64,000 nt of DNA from Octopus vulgaris (Eukaryota), in NCBI GenBank assembly GCA_951406725.2, contig OX597819.1, positions 104,284,001 through 104,348,000 of the forward strand, written 5' to 3'. Positions 44,270-59,896 of this stretch are shown one piece after another (the stretch's first letter is position 1; the number at the start of each line of letters is the position of its first letter). The notes under the pieces are model-generated. The model ran no database searches. It was given only the letters and a program-made list of their open reading frames with translations, and had not been told where the DNA came from. The position numbers and the translations under genes are program-made.

Positions 44270-45352
44270 TATATGTGTATGTGTGAGAATGTTGTGTGTG
44301 TGTGTGATAATGTTGTCTGTGTTTGTGAGAATGTTGTGTGTGTGTGTGTGTGTATGTGTGTGTGTGTGTGTATACATAAATGTCTGGATTGCGTGATTGT
44401 TGTGCATGCATTGTATTTGAATAGTGTGTGTTCTGTGAGCGTGTATGCTTGTGTGTGTGTGTATGCGTGTGTGTGCTTGTGTGTGTGTATGTATGTATGT
44501 ATGTATGTATGTATGTATGTATGTATGTATGTGTATGCGTGTACGCGCATGTGGATTCTTGAGCGTGTGTGTGTGTGTGGAGTTGCGAAAGTAACTGCTG
44601 TGCGTACCTGTGTGTGAGTTTGCGAACGAGTCTTGTGTGAGTGTCGAGTTTGTATTTTCTTTGTTATGCGTACTCTGTGCGTGTGTGTCTTGTGTTGTGC
44701 ATGTGAGTATTGTGGCTTGTTGTATGTGTGTGTGTGTGTGTGTGTTGTGTGTGTTTTGCGCCCGTGTATTGAGTGTGCGCTGTGTGCATGTGTGTGCTGC
44801 GTGCGTGTGTATGTATGTATGTATGTATGTATGTATGTATGTATGTATGTATGTATGTGTGTGTGTCATGGTGAGTGTTGAGTTTGCGTAAATGTGTGTG
44901 TAACATATCTTGTTTGAGTAGAATATATATCTGTATGCTATACGCATATACACACAAGCGCTAGCACACAAACATACACAAACACAGTACACGGTATACA
45001 TGCATACGCACGCGCGGGTACTCACATTTACATGCATACATATATTACATATGTTTCATACATACATACGTAAATGCTCACATTTAATGCAAACATACAT
45101 ATATTACATACATATATTTCATACTTACATACATACATATCTACGTACGTACGTACGTACGTACGTATGTATGTATGTATGTATGTATGTATGTATGTAT
45201 GTATGTATGTATGTATGTATGTATGTATGTATGTACCCATATACATATTACCTCTCTACCCATCTCTATTTCCGTGTCCGCATTTGTGTGTGTATGTATG
45301 TATGTATATACTTTTATACACACGTACATACATACATACATACATACATACA

Positions 45353-45385
<33 letters not shown>

Positions 45386-45580
45386 TATACACACACAGTG
45401 ACATACACGCATACACGCACACACACACACACCATATAGTTCTGTGCGCACTTCCACTGCATGGTACCTTGCGCAGGTGTCTTCTACTGCAGCCATGGGC
45501 CGACCTAAGCCTTGTGAGTAGATTTAATAGACCGAAACTGAAAGAAGCTCGTCGTATATATATATATATGTGTGTGTGTA

Positions 45581-45620
<40 letters not shown>

Positions 45621-45622
45621 TG

Positions 45623-45672
<50 letters not shown>

Positions 45673-45801
45673 TGAGTGCATGTGTGTGTGTGTGTGTGTC
45701 CATGTTTGTTCATAATCACTGATTAACAACCGTGATTGGAATGTTTACTAGCGGTTCGGTCAAAGATCTGATAGAATAAGTACCAGACTTTCAGAAAAAA
45801 A

Positions 45802-46173
<372 letters not shown>

Positions 46174-46435
46174 TCGATTCATTCACTTAAAAAATAGATT
46201 CTTGTGCATAAGTGTATGTATGAATGTGTGAGAGCTTGTACACACACATATGCATATTTCTTACCACGCTTATAGATGTACATGTTAGTGTGTATAAACA
46301 TACACTAACACAAACGCACGCACACACACAGATATATACACACATAAATGCACACACACACTCACGCATACATGTAGCTATTTGTATGAGTGTAGATGCA
46401 TATATGTGAGTTTGTGTTTTATGTGCGCCTACCTC

Positions 46436-46466
<31 letters not shown>

Positions 46467-46650
46467 GTGTGTGTATGTAGAATAATTTGCTGAAGTGCCA
46501 GCTTGGTGTGATGGAGTTGTTTCAGTCTTTCAAATGTATAAGCATGTATGTGTGTACATGTGTGTGCGTGCGTATATGAGTGTAAATGTGTGTGCTTATG
46601 AATGTGTGTCTGTGTGTGTATATATTCTTTTATGCATACATACATACATT

Positions 46651-46685
<35 letters not shown>

Positions 46686-47232
46686 TATGTGTATATATAT
46701 ATATAGATATATATATATAAAATATTTATAATATATATATGTATATTTATATATATATATATATATATATATTAATATACATATACATACATATGCATAC
46801 ATACATACATACATACGTACATATATATATATAAAAAGAGAGAGAGAGAGAGAGAGAGACCGTTGCATGTGTGTGGGCATGCATGTGTGAGGTAAATTCA
46901 TTTGTTAGCTATACGACGGTCTGTGATCTGAGTTCAAACTCTACTGAGAGTGATCGCGGATAAATGTGTATTCATAATATTCTTTTCAGACATGGTGTGC
47001 AAATGAGCGTGTTGTTATCATCATACATACTTGAGTCGGACACACTGTCTCCCTCACACGCACACATACACACACGCATGGAAACACACACGTAGTACTT
47101 ATATATTGTATATATGAATATGAATGTATACATGTATATATATATATACATATGTATATAATGTATATATATATACGTATACATATATATACATATATGT
47201 ATGTATATATATATATACATATATACATACAT

Positions 47233-47275
<43 letters not shown>

Positions 47276-47806
47276 CGTATAGGTATATATGTATACATAA
47301 ATATGTATATATGTATACATATATATGTATATACATGTATATATATATATAAATATATGTATATAGTTTATACACACATATATTATGCATATTATATATG
47401 TATATACTTTTATACTTTTATTCTTTTACTTGTTTCAGTCATTTGACTGCGGCCATGCTGGAGCACTGCCTTAAGTCGAACAAATCCTCTCCAGATCCTA
47501 TTCTTTGTAAGCCTAGTACTTATTCTGTTGGTGAACCGCTATATTACGGAGACCTAAACACACCAACGTTGGTTATCAAACGATGATGGGGAGGTGGACA
47601 AACAGGGACACAGAAATACATACACACACACACACATATATATACACACACACAAGGCTTTGGTCGGTCCGAGGTAATACTAGAAAACACTTTGCCTAAG
47701 TGCCTCGCAGTGGGACTGAATCCGAAACCTTGTGGTTGGGAAGCAAGCTTCTTACCACACAAACACTCCTGCGCCTGTGTATATTTATGTATCAAGTATA
47801 TATATA

Positions 47807-48174
47807 CTTCGGTTACGAAGACGAGGGTTCCAGTTGATTTGATCAACGGATCAGCCTGCTCGTGAAATTAACGTGTGGGTGGCTGAGCACTCCACAGACA
47901 CGTGTACCTTAACGTAGTTCTCGGGGAGATTCAGCGTGACACAGAATGTGACAAGGCTGGCCCTTTGAAATACAGGTACAACAGAAACAGGAAGAAAGAG
48001 TGAGAGGAATTGTGGTGAAATAGTACAGCAGGGTCAGCCACCACCACCTGCCGGAGTTTCGTGGAACTTTAAGTGTTTTCGTTCAATAAACACTCACAAC
48101 GCTCGGTTTAGGAATCGAAACTGCGATCCCACAACCGCGAGTCCACTGCCCTAACCACTGGACCATTGCGCCTC
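47807..48174 (-). mobile_element. tRNA(Arg)-like-headed SINE of a further family
   Basis: rc head GAGGCGCAATGGTCCAGTGGTTAGGGCAGTGGACTCGCGG...GTTTCGATTCC with A and B boxes and TCG at the anticodon position, then a ~300-bp body. Confidence 0.75.
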
Positions 48175-48475
48175 ACACACATACACACACACACACACTC
48201 ACACACTCGCATACATATATCGTATTATACAAAGACACACTTCTCACACCTACCCATACACTCACACGCACACACACACACATACATATAAAGGGTATTA
48301 CATACTTAATCCTCGTACAGGAAATCACAGCAAATCCGGTACGACCCTTTAGTATCTTACCTTCCATATCACTGACGTTATGTACGGTGTGGATTTTGGG
48401 ACGAATATTATAACACTTGCTCCCTCGCCATTAAGTATATATGTATATGTGTATGCATGTGTATTTGTATGTATG

Positions 48476-48509
<34 letters not shown>

Positions 48510-48726
48510 TGTATGTATGTATGTATGTATGTATGTATGTATGTATGAGTGTATGCCTTTGTGTGTGTGTCTCGCACACATATACATATCGCATCCCCCT
48601 TCACCCTTCTGTATTTCTGTGTGTGCATGTACATACACACAGGTATATGCATATGTATATATGCGCTTATATATAACTACATATATATATAAAAATGAAA
48701 ATACATAATGGATATAAACACTTCAG

Positions 48727-48818
<92 letters not shown>

Positions 48819-48822
48819 TATG

Positions 48823-48899
<77 letters not shown>

Positions 48900-48920
48900 A
48901 ACGTATATATCTCAATATGG

Positions 48921-48958
<38 letters not shown>

Positions 48959-49264
48959 TAAGTTGAAGACGGAAGGATGACTTCCTTTGAAATACATGTA
49001 TATATTTGTGTGTGTGTTTTTGTCGTCACCCCTCCGGTACGCCCTGACAACCAGTGTTGGTGTGTTTATGTCACCGTAACCAAGCGGTTCGGCAAAAGTG
49101 ACCGAAGGAATAAGTACCAGTTAAGAAACCTTTCAATTGTTGCTCCAGCATGGCTGCTGTCAAATAACTGAAACAAGTAAAAGAATAAAAGAACACACAC
49201 ATAACTATACATGTTCGTGTATGCATGCGTGTGTGTATGTGTTTAAGTGTATTTCTATATTTTT

Positions 49265-49312
<48 letters not shown>

Positions 49313-49855
49313 ATGTGCGGTGTGTATTTACCATTTTATTAATGTCAAACAGCATTCTACGATAATCGAGCGCCGTCATGAAAGGTTTTCGACGATACTT
49401 TTTCTCTTCTTCATGTCCAAACGGTGAATTTTGCCGAACCGCTAAGTGACGGGGACGTAAACACGTAAACACCGGTTGTCAAGCGGTGCGAGTGTGTGTG
49501 TGTGTGTGTGTGTGGCAAATACAGACACAAACGCGCACACACACATATATATATACATATATACGATTGACTCCACCTACAAAATCCATTCACAAGGCTT
49601 TGGTCAGCTCGAGGCTATAATAGAAGACACTTGCCAAGGTGCCACACTGTGGGACTGAACCCGGAACAACGTGGTTGGGAAGCAAACTTCCTACCGCACA
49701 GCCTCGTTTGCACACAATGAACACATGGATTCTTAGATGCTTTCCTCTACGTTTTCTTGATCTCACCTTGAATGCAGCTGCCCGCTGCAGTCTCCCTCAA
49801 CAGATCCAAGCATTATAAGAATTGAAGTACTCTCGTTTGTTCTCTATCTGTTTCA

Positions 49856-49926
<71 letters not shown>

Positions 49927-50564
49927 AGTCACACACAAGTGTATTAAATATATGGCGTTAGATTCAAACGTATCCGGACAAACTCCTCTAAGATATACTA
50001 GAAAAACCATGGACCATTAGGACACATTGCGGCAACTAACAACGCCCTACTCGAGTAGGCTGTGGTGTCCTAAAACATGAGTTAAAAGACGCTCACAAGA
50101 TACTGTTACTATGTAAAAAGATGGTCTGATCTAATAATGTCCAAAATCTACCTAAATTGTCCATCCACCCATCCATCTATCCATCCATCCCTCTTGTCAT
50201 CCATACATCCATCCATCCATCCCTCCGTCCATCCATCAATCCATCCATCCATCCATCCATCCATCCCTCTTGTCATCCATACATCCATCCATCCATCCCT
50301 CTTGTCATCCATACATCCATTCATCCCTCCCTCCCTCCATCCATCCATCTATCCATCCATCCTTTCCATCCATCAGTGTTTGTGTGTGTGTGTGTGTGTG
50401 TGTGAGTGTGTGCGTGCGTGTGAGTGTGCGTGTGCTCGAATGTGTGTGCGTGTGTGTGAAATATATAATTTTAAATGCGATCCTCGAGGTAGATACAACT
50501 ATAAATAATTGCATGCAATGTATTAGATGGTAAAAAAGTCAAAGGCTAAGTCACACACACACAC

Positions 50565-50603
<39 letters not shown>

Positions 50604-51605
50604 CTCAGTTAGGTGTGAAATCGATATACATCTATATCTATATTTTCATTGCCGTTCTTTCCTGTCGTCCCCTTTCCATCACACTGTACACCACCCGTTC
50701 CACTAACAAACTCTGTTTAACCCATACCGTAATCGGGCATGTATCGAGCGTCGACCTTTGTTACATGCAGGGGAGATAACAAAGCATTTCTATTTTTAAC
50801 GTTATAACTAAGAGAACATAGTTTAACTCTACACTAAAATACAGATTAGAGGTGTGCATGTGTAGCCAATATAATGAGAAGGGCATAGTCCTTTGGTTCG
50901 CCAACTTACAAATCTAATACGGAAAACACCTCAAACGATCCCAAACCGTAAGTTCCTCTAAGTTGTGACATAGCGGACAATTCCACGCTCAACTCTACTA
51001 CTTTAAGACGTATACTATATCTTGAGAATTAACAGCATATAACGGTAATGCTTAGTTGAACTTACACAACAACCTTATGTCACCAAGGAGTCGTGATACA
51101 TTTCTTGAATGGCGAGTATTGAAGGATATTAACAAGGCTCTGTCGCAGTACTAGCGTGTAGAACCATGCACCCACTGCAAGACTCAAGGAACCGAGCTGC
51201 ATCAGCGAATATGGCTGAAACAGAGTGCCGTGTGCGCAAAGCAGACGACGTCATCAGACACATCATGCAACATCTTTGAGACACTAGAGAGCTGCATTAT
51301 TTAGTTATTCATGACTGACAGTACAGCATAAACTAAGTACAACTCATAACACTTCACAAATAGCAATATTTCCATAGGTTTCCTTTTCCAACTAATTAAT
51401 ATATATTTGCATTTCCTTGCCGTTTTAAGTGTACATTAGGGAAACTCTAAACAGCCGCATACATTATACTGTAATGTATATCTGTAACTGGCAACACACA
51501 TATATTTTCCCATAACGATACTCTGCAGTTGTATTTTGTAGCATGCATTTGTAGTTATTGAATGTGGGTGTGAGTCATTAATGCTGCAATTACCAATTGT
51601 GTGTA

Positions 51606-51817
51606 AAGCGGCAATCTGGCAGAAACGTTAACGCGCCGGGCGAAATGCTTAGCGATATTTCGTCAGTCTTTACGTTCTGAGTTCAAATTCCACCGAGGTC
51701 AACTTTGGCTTCCATCCTTTCTGGCTCGATGAATTAAGTACCAGTTGCGTACTGGGGTCGATCTAATCGACTGCTCCCTCCCCCAAAATTTCGGGCCTTG
51801 TGCCTAGAGTAGAAAAG
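51606..51817 (+). mobile_element. Meta-domain-like SINE with an ~18-bp TSD
   Basis: AATTAC(C/T)AATTGTGTGTA at 51588-51605 and 51818-51835. Other copies at about 30740-31160, 55511-55650, 60490-60820. Confidence 0.85.
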
Positions 51818-51878
51818 AATTACTAATTGTGTGTATTTTTTGTGTGCATGAATAAGTATAAATATGTTTGTGTGTGTC

Positions 51879-51973
<95 letters not shown>

Positions 51974-53712
51974 GTATCTGTCTGTCTGTCTATATAATGT
52001 GTAATATATATTGTTACGCATATAATATATATATATATCTATTTTATATATAATGCATAACATTATATATGATATATGTGTATACATCTATATCTACATC
52101 AATATATATGTATGTATGTAAGTATATATCTATCTAAACATTATATAACACACAAATGGCTCTACACTCTCACAACAACGCTCATATGAAGTATATCTAG
52201 TGCATCACTCAACTTAAAGAATCGCACCAAATAAATTGAGATATTCACAGAACCTTATTTTACTTTGCCCATTTGTGTGCATCATTCCATTTCATTCCAT
52301 TCCATCGGTGGCCATTGTTTGTACACCGATACCAATGTCCACCTTACTAACGCTAGTCCATATCCTACCCCTCTACACTTTTATTACCACCACTACACAC
52401 TGTCCATCCTCTCCAACTTGCTCTCTCTTGTATTCGCTCTTTCTCCCTGCGTCTGTACTGCGCTGGCAAGGTACACACAAAATCTTACAGATTTGCCAAC
52501 AGCAGTGTAGACTTGGTATAATTGTCTTCAAAGTTACCCCACAATCAATATTCAGAATTCCTTTCCTGCACCGCCCTACCTCTCCACCCATTTGCCCCTT
52601 TTTCTGTTTCCTCATTATCTACCCTCCAAACTTCTCACCCATCCGTCGCCATTTGCTTCTCCTTTCTTACTTTTCCCCCCCACACTCCTCCTTCTCCTCC
52701 TCCTCCTCGCCGCCGCCACCACCACCACCACCACCGCCGCCACCACCACCTCCACCACCACCACGACAATAACCTAACCCCCGCCATACATACACACCAC
52801 TATTCCGTTTTTGCTTTTAAGCGGAACCAGCTTTCCGATAGTGAATAATTGCTTGTAAAATCATTTCAGATGAATTGCACAGAAGGAAAATGGCTGCTAC
52901 CTGTTTAGAAACGAGATTAATTGAACTTTGATTACAGACCGGAATAATATCAGTAAGAGAAAGAAAAGTATGACAAGATTTACTTATTCGTTTTCTGGAA
53001 AATTCTATTAATTCATGTCACATAATGTCACAGCAGCTGTTGGTTAAAATTTTCACTCTTTGGAGATTTTCTTAAAGGATGCGAATTAGCAGCTTTCTAT
53101 TGTGACTACTACAGCTAACTTCCCCGCACACATTTTAATTATGTTACTGTAAATGGTAAACAGGCTTTTACGCAGCTGACCGAAAGCCTACTCTACTCAA
53201 TTGCCTTATTCCTCTTGCTTTTCTCTGCAATGTCGTTATTATTGCTCTTTCTAGAATATATCTTATTAACTTTTCTTTTCATTACGGTTTCTTTCTTGTT
53301 TATTCCTACAGCAGTAACGCACAAATTTCCAAGTCTTGGATGGAATCCAATATGAAAATAAATAAATACATACCACCGATTAATTGGGGTTGAATGCTTT
53401 TTTTTTTCTCCCTTTAAATCGAAGTTCCGGTGCGGCTCGAGGCTGCAACAAGGTAGCGGTCTGGAGGATGTAGTAGCAGTTGATAGGGTCGAATATAATA
53501 ACCCATTATGATTTTAATAAAGACTCTTCGAAAACTTTAATCTGCATACCTAAAAGGCCGCCAAATTTCCGCCATTAATACATTCACACACTCACATATT
53601 GACACAAGCATGTACACACACACACACACACATACACACGAATATGTATGTGAATATGTTATATACATACATACTTACACTTACACACTCACCATTTTCG
53701 CTAACCACACAC

Positions 53713-53775
<63 letters not shown>

Positions 53776-54067
53776 GAAGGAGAGAGATTGTGTGCCCGGT
53801 TTCCTGGTTGTGTGCCAGGTAAGTTTGTTCTTTTTAAAACCTCGATGTCCACATCCTGAGGAATGGTTGGCTCGCAGATGGCAATTTGAATTGGTTAGAA
53901 TGACTGATTAGCTGTGTGAGGCGGTGAAATCTTGTCAGATCTATTAGTGTGTGGACATTAACATTAGCGCTCGTATTTAACTATTTAGTATTGTTGTTGT
54001 TGTTATTATTATCATCATATTCATCATTGTCACGATCCTCCTCCTCCTCCTCGTCGTCATCATCATT

Positions 54068-54113
<46 letters not shown>

Positions 54114-54264
54114 CTTTCTTGCATCCGCTTTTACATATAAGAACGTATTGGACGGATTCCCTGAGACAGGAAAGTTGCCCATCCTCTGGTCAACCCTTTT
54201 CGTCTATAAAAATTTATACATACATATATACATACATACATACATACATACATACATACATACA

Positions 54265-54297
<33 letters not shown>

Positions 54298-54614
54298 GTA
54301 TGTATGCATGTATGTATGTATGTATGTATGTATGTATGTATGTATGTATGTATGTATGTATGTATGTATGTATGTATGTATGTATGTATGCATATTTCTT
54401 CCTTTTGTTGCTATAGATTTTATATCTTCTTGCTCTGTTAAAATATTTGAGAAAAATTATATTGTGTCCTACTTGTTAAAATTATTTTTATTTATTTGTG
54501 CAGCTGAAGATGGCAGTGCACTTAAATTAATGTAATGATTGAATTGTTCAATTAAATGGAGCCGCTTGTAACGGTCGTACTGCATCACTACTTGATATCC
54601 TGTTGTTTATTTTG

Positions 54615-54647
<33 letters not shown>

Positions 54648-54651
<4 letters not shown>

Positions 54652-55243
54652 AACCAAGTAGTGTTCAGTATGTAAAAAGACCATTTACGGTCTGAACCCT
54701 AATTATATAACGTAATGTTTTAAATATACCGTAAATTGTCTTTTTACTTACTGAACACTACTTGGTAAAATTAATTAATAATTAATTAGTTTTACCCTTT
54801 TATTATTAATAATATAATTCTCTCTCCCTGATATTAAACTACAGCTCTCTCTGTAGGAATGTATTTGCTCTGTAACTCACGTGGGAGGAAGGGGAAGAAT
54901 GCGAAGCCTCTTTTGTACTTTTGGAATTCGTTAGTATTAGCGGTCGAAGATGGTTTGTCTGGGATTACTCATATCAGACGGGTATGTTCGATTTTTAGTG
55001 CTCTCAAATCCAAATCAAAAGAAATCTTTGAGCTGACGAAGGAAATGTTGATCTTTATATTCAACTAATCCAGAAACGGCCGTTCTCAAGTAATCTTATG
55101 TACGTGTGATCTTTCGTTATTTATCCCTCTATACCTGTGTGAGTTATTTTTGAGTATGCATTGTCTGGAAGATTTTTCTTATAGTAGAAGAAATAGCTAA
55201 GATTTTTTGGCTGCTATTTCTAAAGGTTCGGGGTGTGGTAAAG

Positions 55244-55250
<7 letters not shown>
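54648..55250 (+). mobile_element. Non-coding hammerhead-containing element inserted in (TA)n, with an inverted 5' segment
   Basis: (TA)n on both sides; 54654-54692 is an imperfect inverted repeat of 54728-54766; HHR at 55028-55089. Confidence 0.75.
55028..55089 (+). ncRNA. Type I hammerhead ribozyme
   Basis: TTGAG-CTGACGA-aGGA..GTTGA/TCAAC..TCCa-GAAACGGCCGTT-CTCAA; perfect stem I; palindromic AACGGCCGTT stem III; predicted cleavage after 55084; A-A mismatch at the base of stem II. Confidence 0.8.
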
Positions 55251-55310
<60 letters not shown>

Positions 55311-55336
55311 CATACATACATACATACATACATACA

Positions 55337-55370
<34 letters not shown>

Positions 55371-55884
55371 AAAATTATAATTAAGGGTATCTAAGAGATA
55401 CCGCTATGCTAGAGTTAGCAGTCAAAACTTGACTTTAAAACCACCTCATATATCCATAAGTTTTCAATACTATCTCTCGCATGGTGGTATATCTTGGATA
55501 TACCACCATGCAGCGAGCTGGCAGAAACGATAGCATGCCGTGCGAAATGCGTAACCGTATTTCGTCTGCCGTTACGTTCTGAGTTCAAATTCCGCCGTGG
55601 TCGACTTTGCCTTTCATCCTTTCGGGGTCGATTAAATAAGTACCAGTTTAACAATTACAGATCCGCTGCATCGAAAATCTGCAATGGCCCCGTCTACCGT
55701 CTCGGCTATAACCATGAAGCCCCAGTAAACCGTTACAGCACTTACCTAGCATACCTAATCTTTTAGATCACCTGTGAACTAAACCCGCATTCTTTGCACA
55801 CAGAATCACACACACATACATTTGGACAAAACAATGAAAACACCTAGCATCATAGCATCATAATTATTCAAATGCGTAAACTAA

Positions 55885-56737
55885 AAGTTAGAGGGTGACG
55901 GGATACGCTACATGCATCAACTTGCTCTAAAAGCAGGTAGTAATTTAAACTTGTTTTTAATCTTAGTGCAAGTTTTGAAGAGTGCTGTTCGTTTTTAATA
56001 GTTATTTTTTAAAGCTGTAATTGAAGTAGCAAAGAGCTTGTTTTGCCTTATGAGTTCAATAAAGGCATCAACGCAACGGAAAGTGCGTGGAATATTAATG
56101 CAGTATATGGGGATCTGAGAATTAGCATAAGTCAGTGTCAACGGTGGTTCCAGAAATTCCGAACCTGAAACTACAGCCTAGAAGACGAGTCTCATCCTGG
56201 AAGATCTGTAGAGCTCGACGAGGACGTCCTGCAAAACCTGATGGAACAAAATCCCATCGTAACTGTTGAAGAAGTAGCACAGCAGCTTGCATTTGGTCAT
56301 TCAACCATTCATCGACACCTGCGTTTCATCAGAAAACGACAATTTTTGGTTTCAAGATGAAAAGTGTTCCTCCATCATGATAATGCTCGGCATCATACAA
56401 TGAGGATGCCATTCCAAAGGTTGGAGCAGTCTAAATGGGAAATGTTGCCCCACCCACCATAATCGCCGGGTATTGCCCCATCTGATTATTCCGCAGTCTT
56501 CAAACATATTTGGGCGGAAAAATATGAATTCTGTAGACGAGATCAGAACAGTAGTGGAGGATATTTTTCATCACGAGTGAATTTTGGACAAGCGGCGTTG
56601 CAAGTCTACCACGTAGATGGAAGAGCATTGTAGAAAATGAAGAGTATATTTTAGATTAAAAAAGAACTTTGTTTATCTTAATTTTGAAAAATAAAAGAAG
56701 TATGAAAAAACCTCATTATTTATGGGATGACCCAATA
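55885..56737 (+). mobile_element. Internally deleted mariner element
   Basis: YEFNKGINATESAWNINAVYG..QRWFQKFR..LEDESHPGR (HTH region), FLHHDNARHH, LPHPP*SPGIAPSD; 3' TIR ...TTATGGGATGACCCAA followed by TA. Confidence 0.85.
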
Positions 56738-56761
56738 TTATATATATATATGTATGTATGA

Positions 56762-57085
56762 GCGAGGCCATTATTTATGAAGCCACCGTAAATTCCACAA
56801 GAGGTATGTGGGTCTCAAAGAGAGAAATTTCAAAGAGAGTTTCAACAATCACGCCTTAAGCTTCAGACATTGGAATAAACGAAAAACTACTAAAATATCT
56901 AGTAATATATGGTTCTTAAAAGAACAAGGTGTCAGTTGCAGGATTTACTGGAAGATCTTATCCAAGTGTAAATTTTATACCAACAATAGTGGCAAGAGCG
57001 GTCTTTGCAATATGGAAAGATGGCTCATCTGGAAAAGTTCCTTGTTTAAATTCAAGAACTGAACATTTTGTCCACATGTCACAAA
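56762..57085 (+). pseudogene. PLE GIY-YIG endonuclease remnant
   Basis: AIIYEATV../YVGLKERNFKESFNNHALSFRH..TKISSNIWFLK..IYWKIL..GLCNMER../LNSRTE, the C-terminal pattern of Penelope-like endonucleases. Confidence 0.75.
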
Positions 57086-57710
57086 ATACCTGTTGCGACT
57101 TTGCCCTCCTCCCCCTCACAAGATCACGGCTAGAACTTACATTTCTTCTATGTTTCTGCACAAACTTTCCCATATCTTTTAACTTCCATTAATTTTTGAT
57201 AATTTATTTTTTATATATATTTTTCCATTTTTTCCTTTTTCTTTTTTGTGTGAGTACATGCATTTGTATGTATATATATTATATGTATATGTGTGTGTGT
57301 CTGTGTATGTGTATATGTATCTACATGTAAGACTATGTCAGGTGCATATGTGCGACTTTCATGCACACGCCCCCTCCATTTATACGGATATGCATATGTT
57401 TGTATATATGCAGGAGTGTGAATGTATGTCTGTATACATATACATATATATATGTATACATCTGCGCGTGTGTATGGATATGTGTGTATGTATGAGTAAG
57501 TACAACCATATATGCTTGTGTGTGTATATGTACATGTACCTATACATGTTTGTGTGAGTGTGTACGTATGTAGACGTTGTGAACGCAAGAGGTTTATTCT
57601 ATGTATTGTGAGAATGTGGTTGCGCGTATTTTTTCTTATATTTTTCTTTTTTCTTCTACCTATTAGAGTATTTTCCTTTTCATTCAACGGTTTTTCATAG
57701 CGTCTGTTGC

Positions 57711-57778
57711 CATTAATAGCCGACGAGAATGTATCGTAGCTCTTCGCTTTGGCATTAGAAACTTCGAATACTATAATG
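57711..57778 (+). ncRNA. Degenerate hammerhead motif downstream of the GIY-YIG remnant
   Basis: CATTAATAG-CCGACGA-GAATG...CATTA-GAAACTTCGAATA-CTATAATG; stem I pairs; U4C core change and mismatches at the bases of stems II and III. Confidence 0.5.
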
Positions 57779-58022
57779 ACAAATTTTTACTGTTTATATA
57801 TATATGTACATATGTACATATGTATATACTATATATGTATTTAATATACACAAGCATGCATGCAAACTAGTATATAGGTATGTGTATGCGTGTGTATATA
57901 TATATTAATAAATGCATACATATATTTTTGAACGTTTGTTGTACGTGTATACGTACGCGTGTGTATCATAGTTCTATATACCTACACTTACACACACACA
58001 TGCGCGCCCGCTCACGCATTAT

Positions 58023-58114
<92 letters not shown>

Positions 58115-58236
58115 GTATATGTAATGTGTACACACTATATCTTCATACGTCTTTGATTGCAGTTATATAAATGTATCAATCGATCAATCAAGCGACCAAT
58201 CAATCAGTCAACAAGTCTATCTGTTTGTTTATCTAT

Positions 58237-58275
<39 letters not shown>

Positions 58276-58548
58276 GATCAATATGCGTTTATATACAAAG
58301 ATGTATATACACATATGTGCGTGTGTGTGTTTGTGTGAATGTGTGTGTATATGTATATTAGTTTTAGTTCCGTAGAGATCTGTAAACAAATATACCATAT
58401 AAAACTACATTTATTTACAAACATATATACATACAAATACATTTATATATATATCTATATATTTACATACTAAGAACTCTCTCTCACTCACACACGTGCG
58501 CGCGCACAAGATATTTATATAGAGATATAAGTATGTTTATATATGTGT

Positions 58549-58590
<42 letters not shown>

Positions 58591-58720
58591 GCATGGATGT
58601 ATGCATTTTTGTATGCTTGTAGGTATGTGTATGTATATATATATATTTATATATATATAAGTATATATGTATGTACATACATATATATATTCCCAAGTGA
58701 GTTTATACATGCATACATAC

Positions 58721-58751
<31 letters not shown>

Positions 58752-59320
58752 TGTATGTATATTAAGTAATTTACAATAACCATTCTCCGAAAACAAGCAA
58801 ACGTAATAAACAGCAGAATTAAGAAAAAATAGACGGTAGGAAAATAAGATTAACCTTCGTCTACACGAAAATGATTTCAGCGATAAAAGAGTTACAGTAT
58901 AAGGGGAGATTAATTTGTATACGACATTTTATTTATATCTAAATTACTGTTGCGTTGTTGGTAAAGTGATATGACATTGTGTGCTTATTGGGGTTCGTCA
59001 AGAGACTCCGTAAAAATTCTCATCCATCACTGACACGACAATGTTATATTTTCTCATCTTTAATAGATTATCTATACTCTCACATACATACATACATACA
59101 TACATACATACATACATACATACATACATACATAGGTGAGTGCATATATCTATGCATACATACGTAGATACGTACACGCATATATGCATATAGGCAAAGC
59201 TGCACTCTCACATGTATATCTATACATTTGTATATGGTTTTGAATGTGATAATCATACTCATATACAAAACACATATACGTAAATACATGAATATATACA
59301 CGCACATACACGTCACACTC

Positions 59321-59359
<39 letters not shown>

Positions 59360-59366
59360 TATACAT

Positions 59367-59425
<59 letters not shown>

Positions 59426-59583
59426 TACATATATATATACATAAATACACACATATATATATATATACACACACATTTATATCTAAAATATATACACATG
59501 TATGTATGCGTAAATATGTATATATATATATATTTATAAGTATACATATTATATATACATATATATATAATATATATATATGC

Positions 59584-59632
<49 letters not shown>

Positions 59633-59824
59633 ACCATACGTATATATATATTTATATAGATGTGAAGATAAACATGTATATATATATATCCACTTATATA
59701 CATGAAGTTATGAATATATGCATGCGTTCATATGTGTGTGTGCGCGTGCATGCGTATTTGTAAGTAGGTATGTATGCATATTTGCTTATTTCAACTTATT
59801 CACACACTGTCTCTGTCTGTGTGT

Positions 59825-59896
<72 letters not shown>

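Noticed and set aside
51195-51262. Hammerhead-like pieces (CAGC..GCTGAAAC on +, CTGATGA on -)
   Set aside because: The core halves are on opposite strands and there is no valid UH cleavage site
54159-54168. miR-125-like 5' sequence TCCCTGAGAC
   Set aside because: Only a 10-nt match and no precursor hairpin
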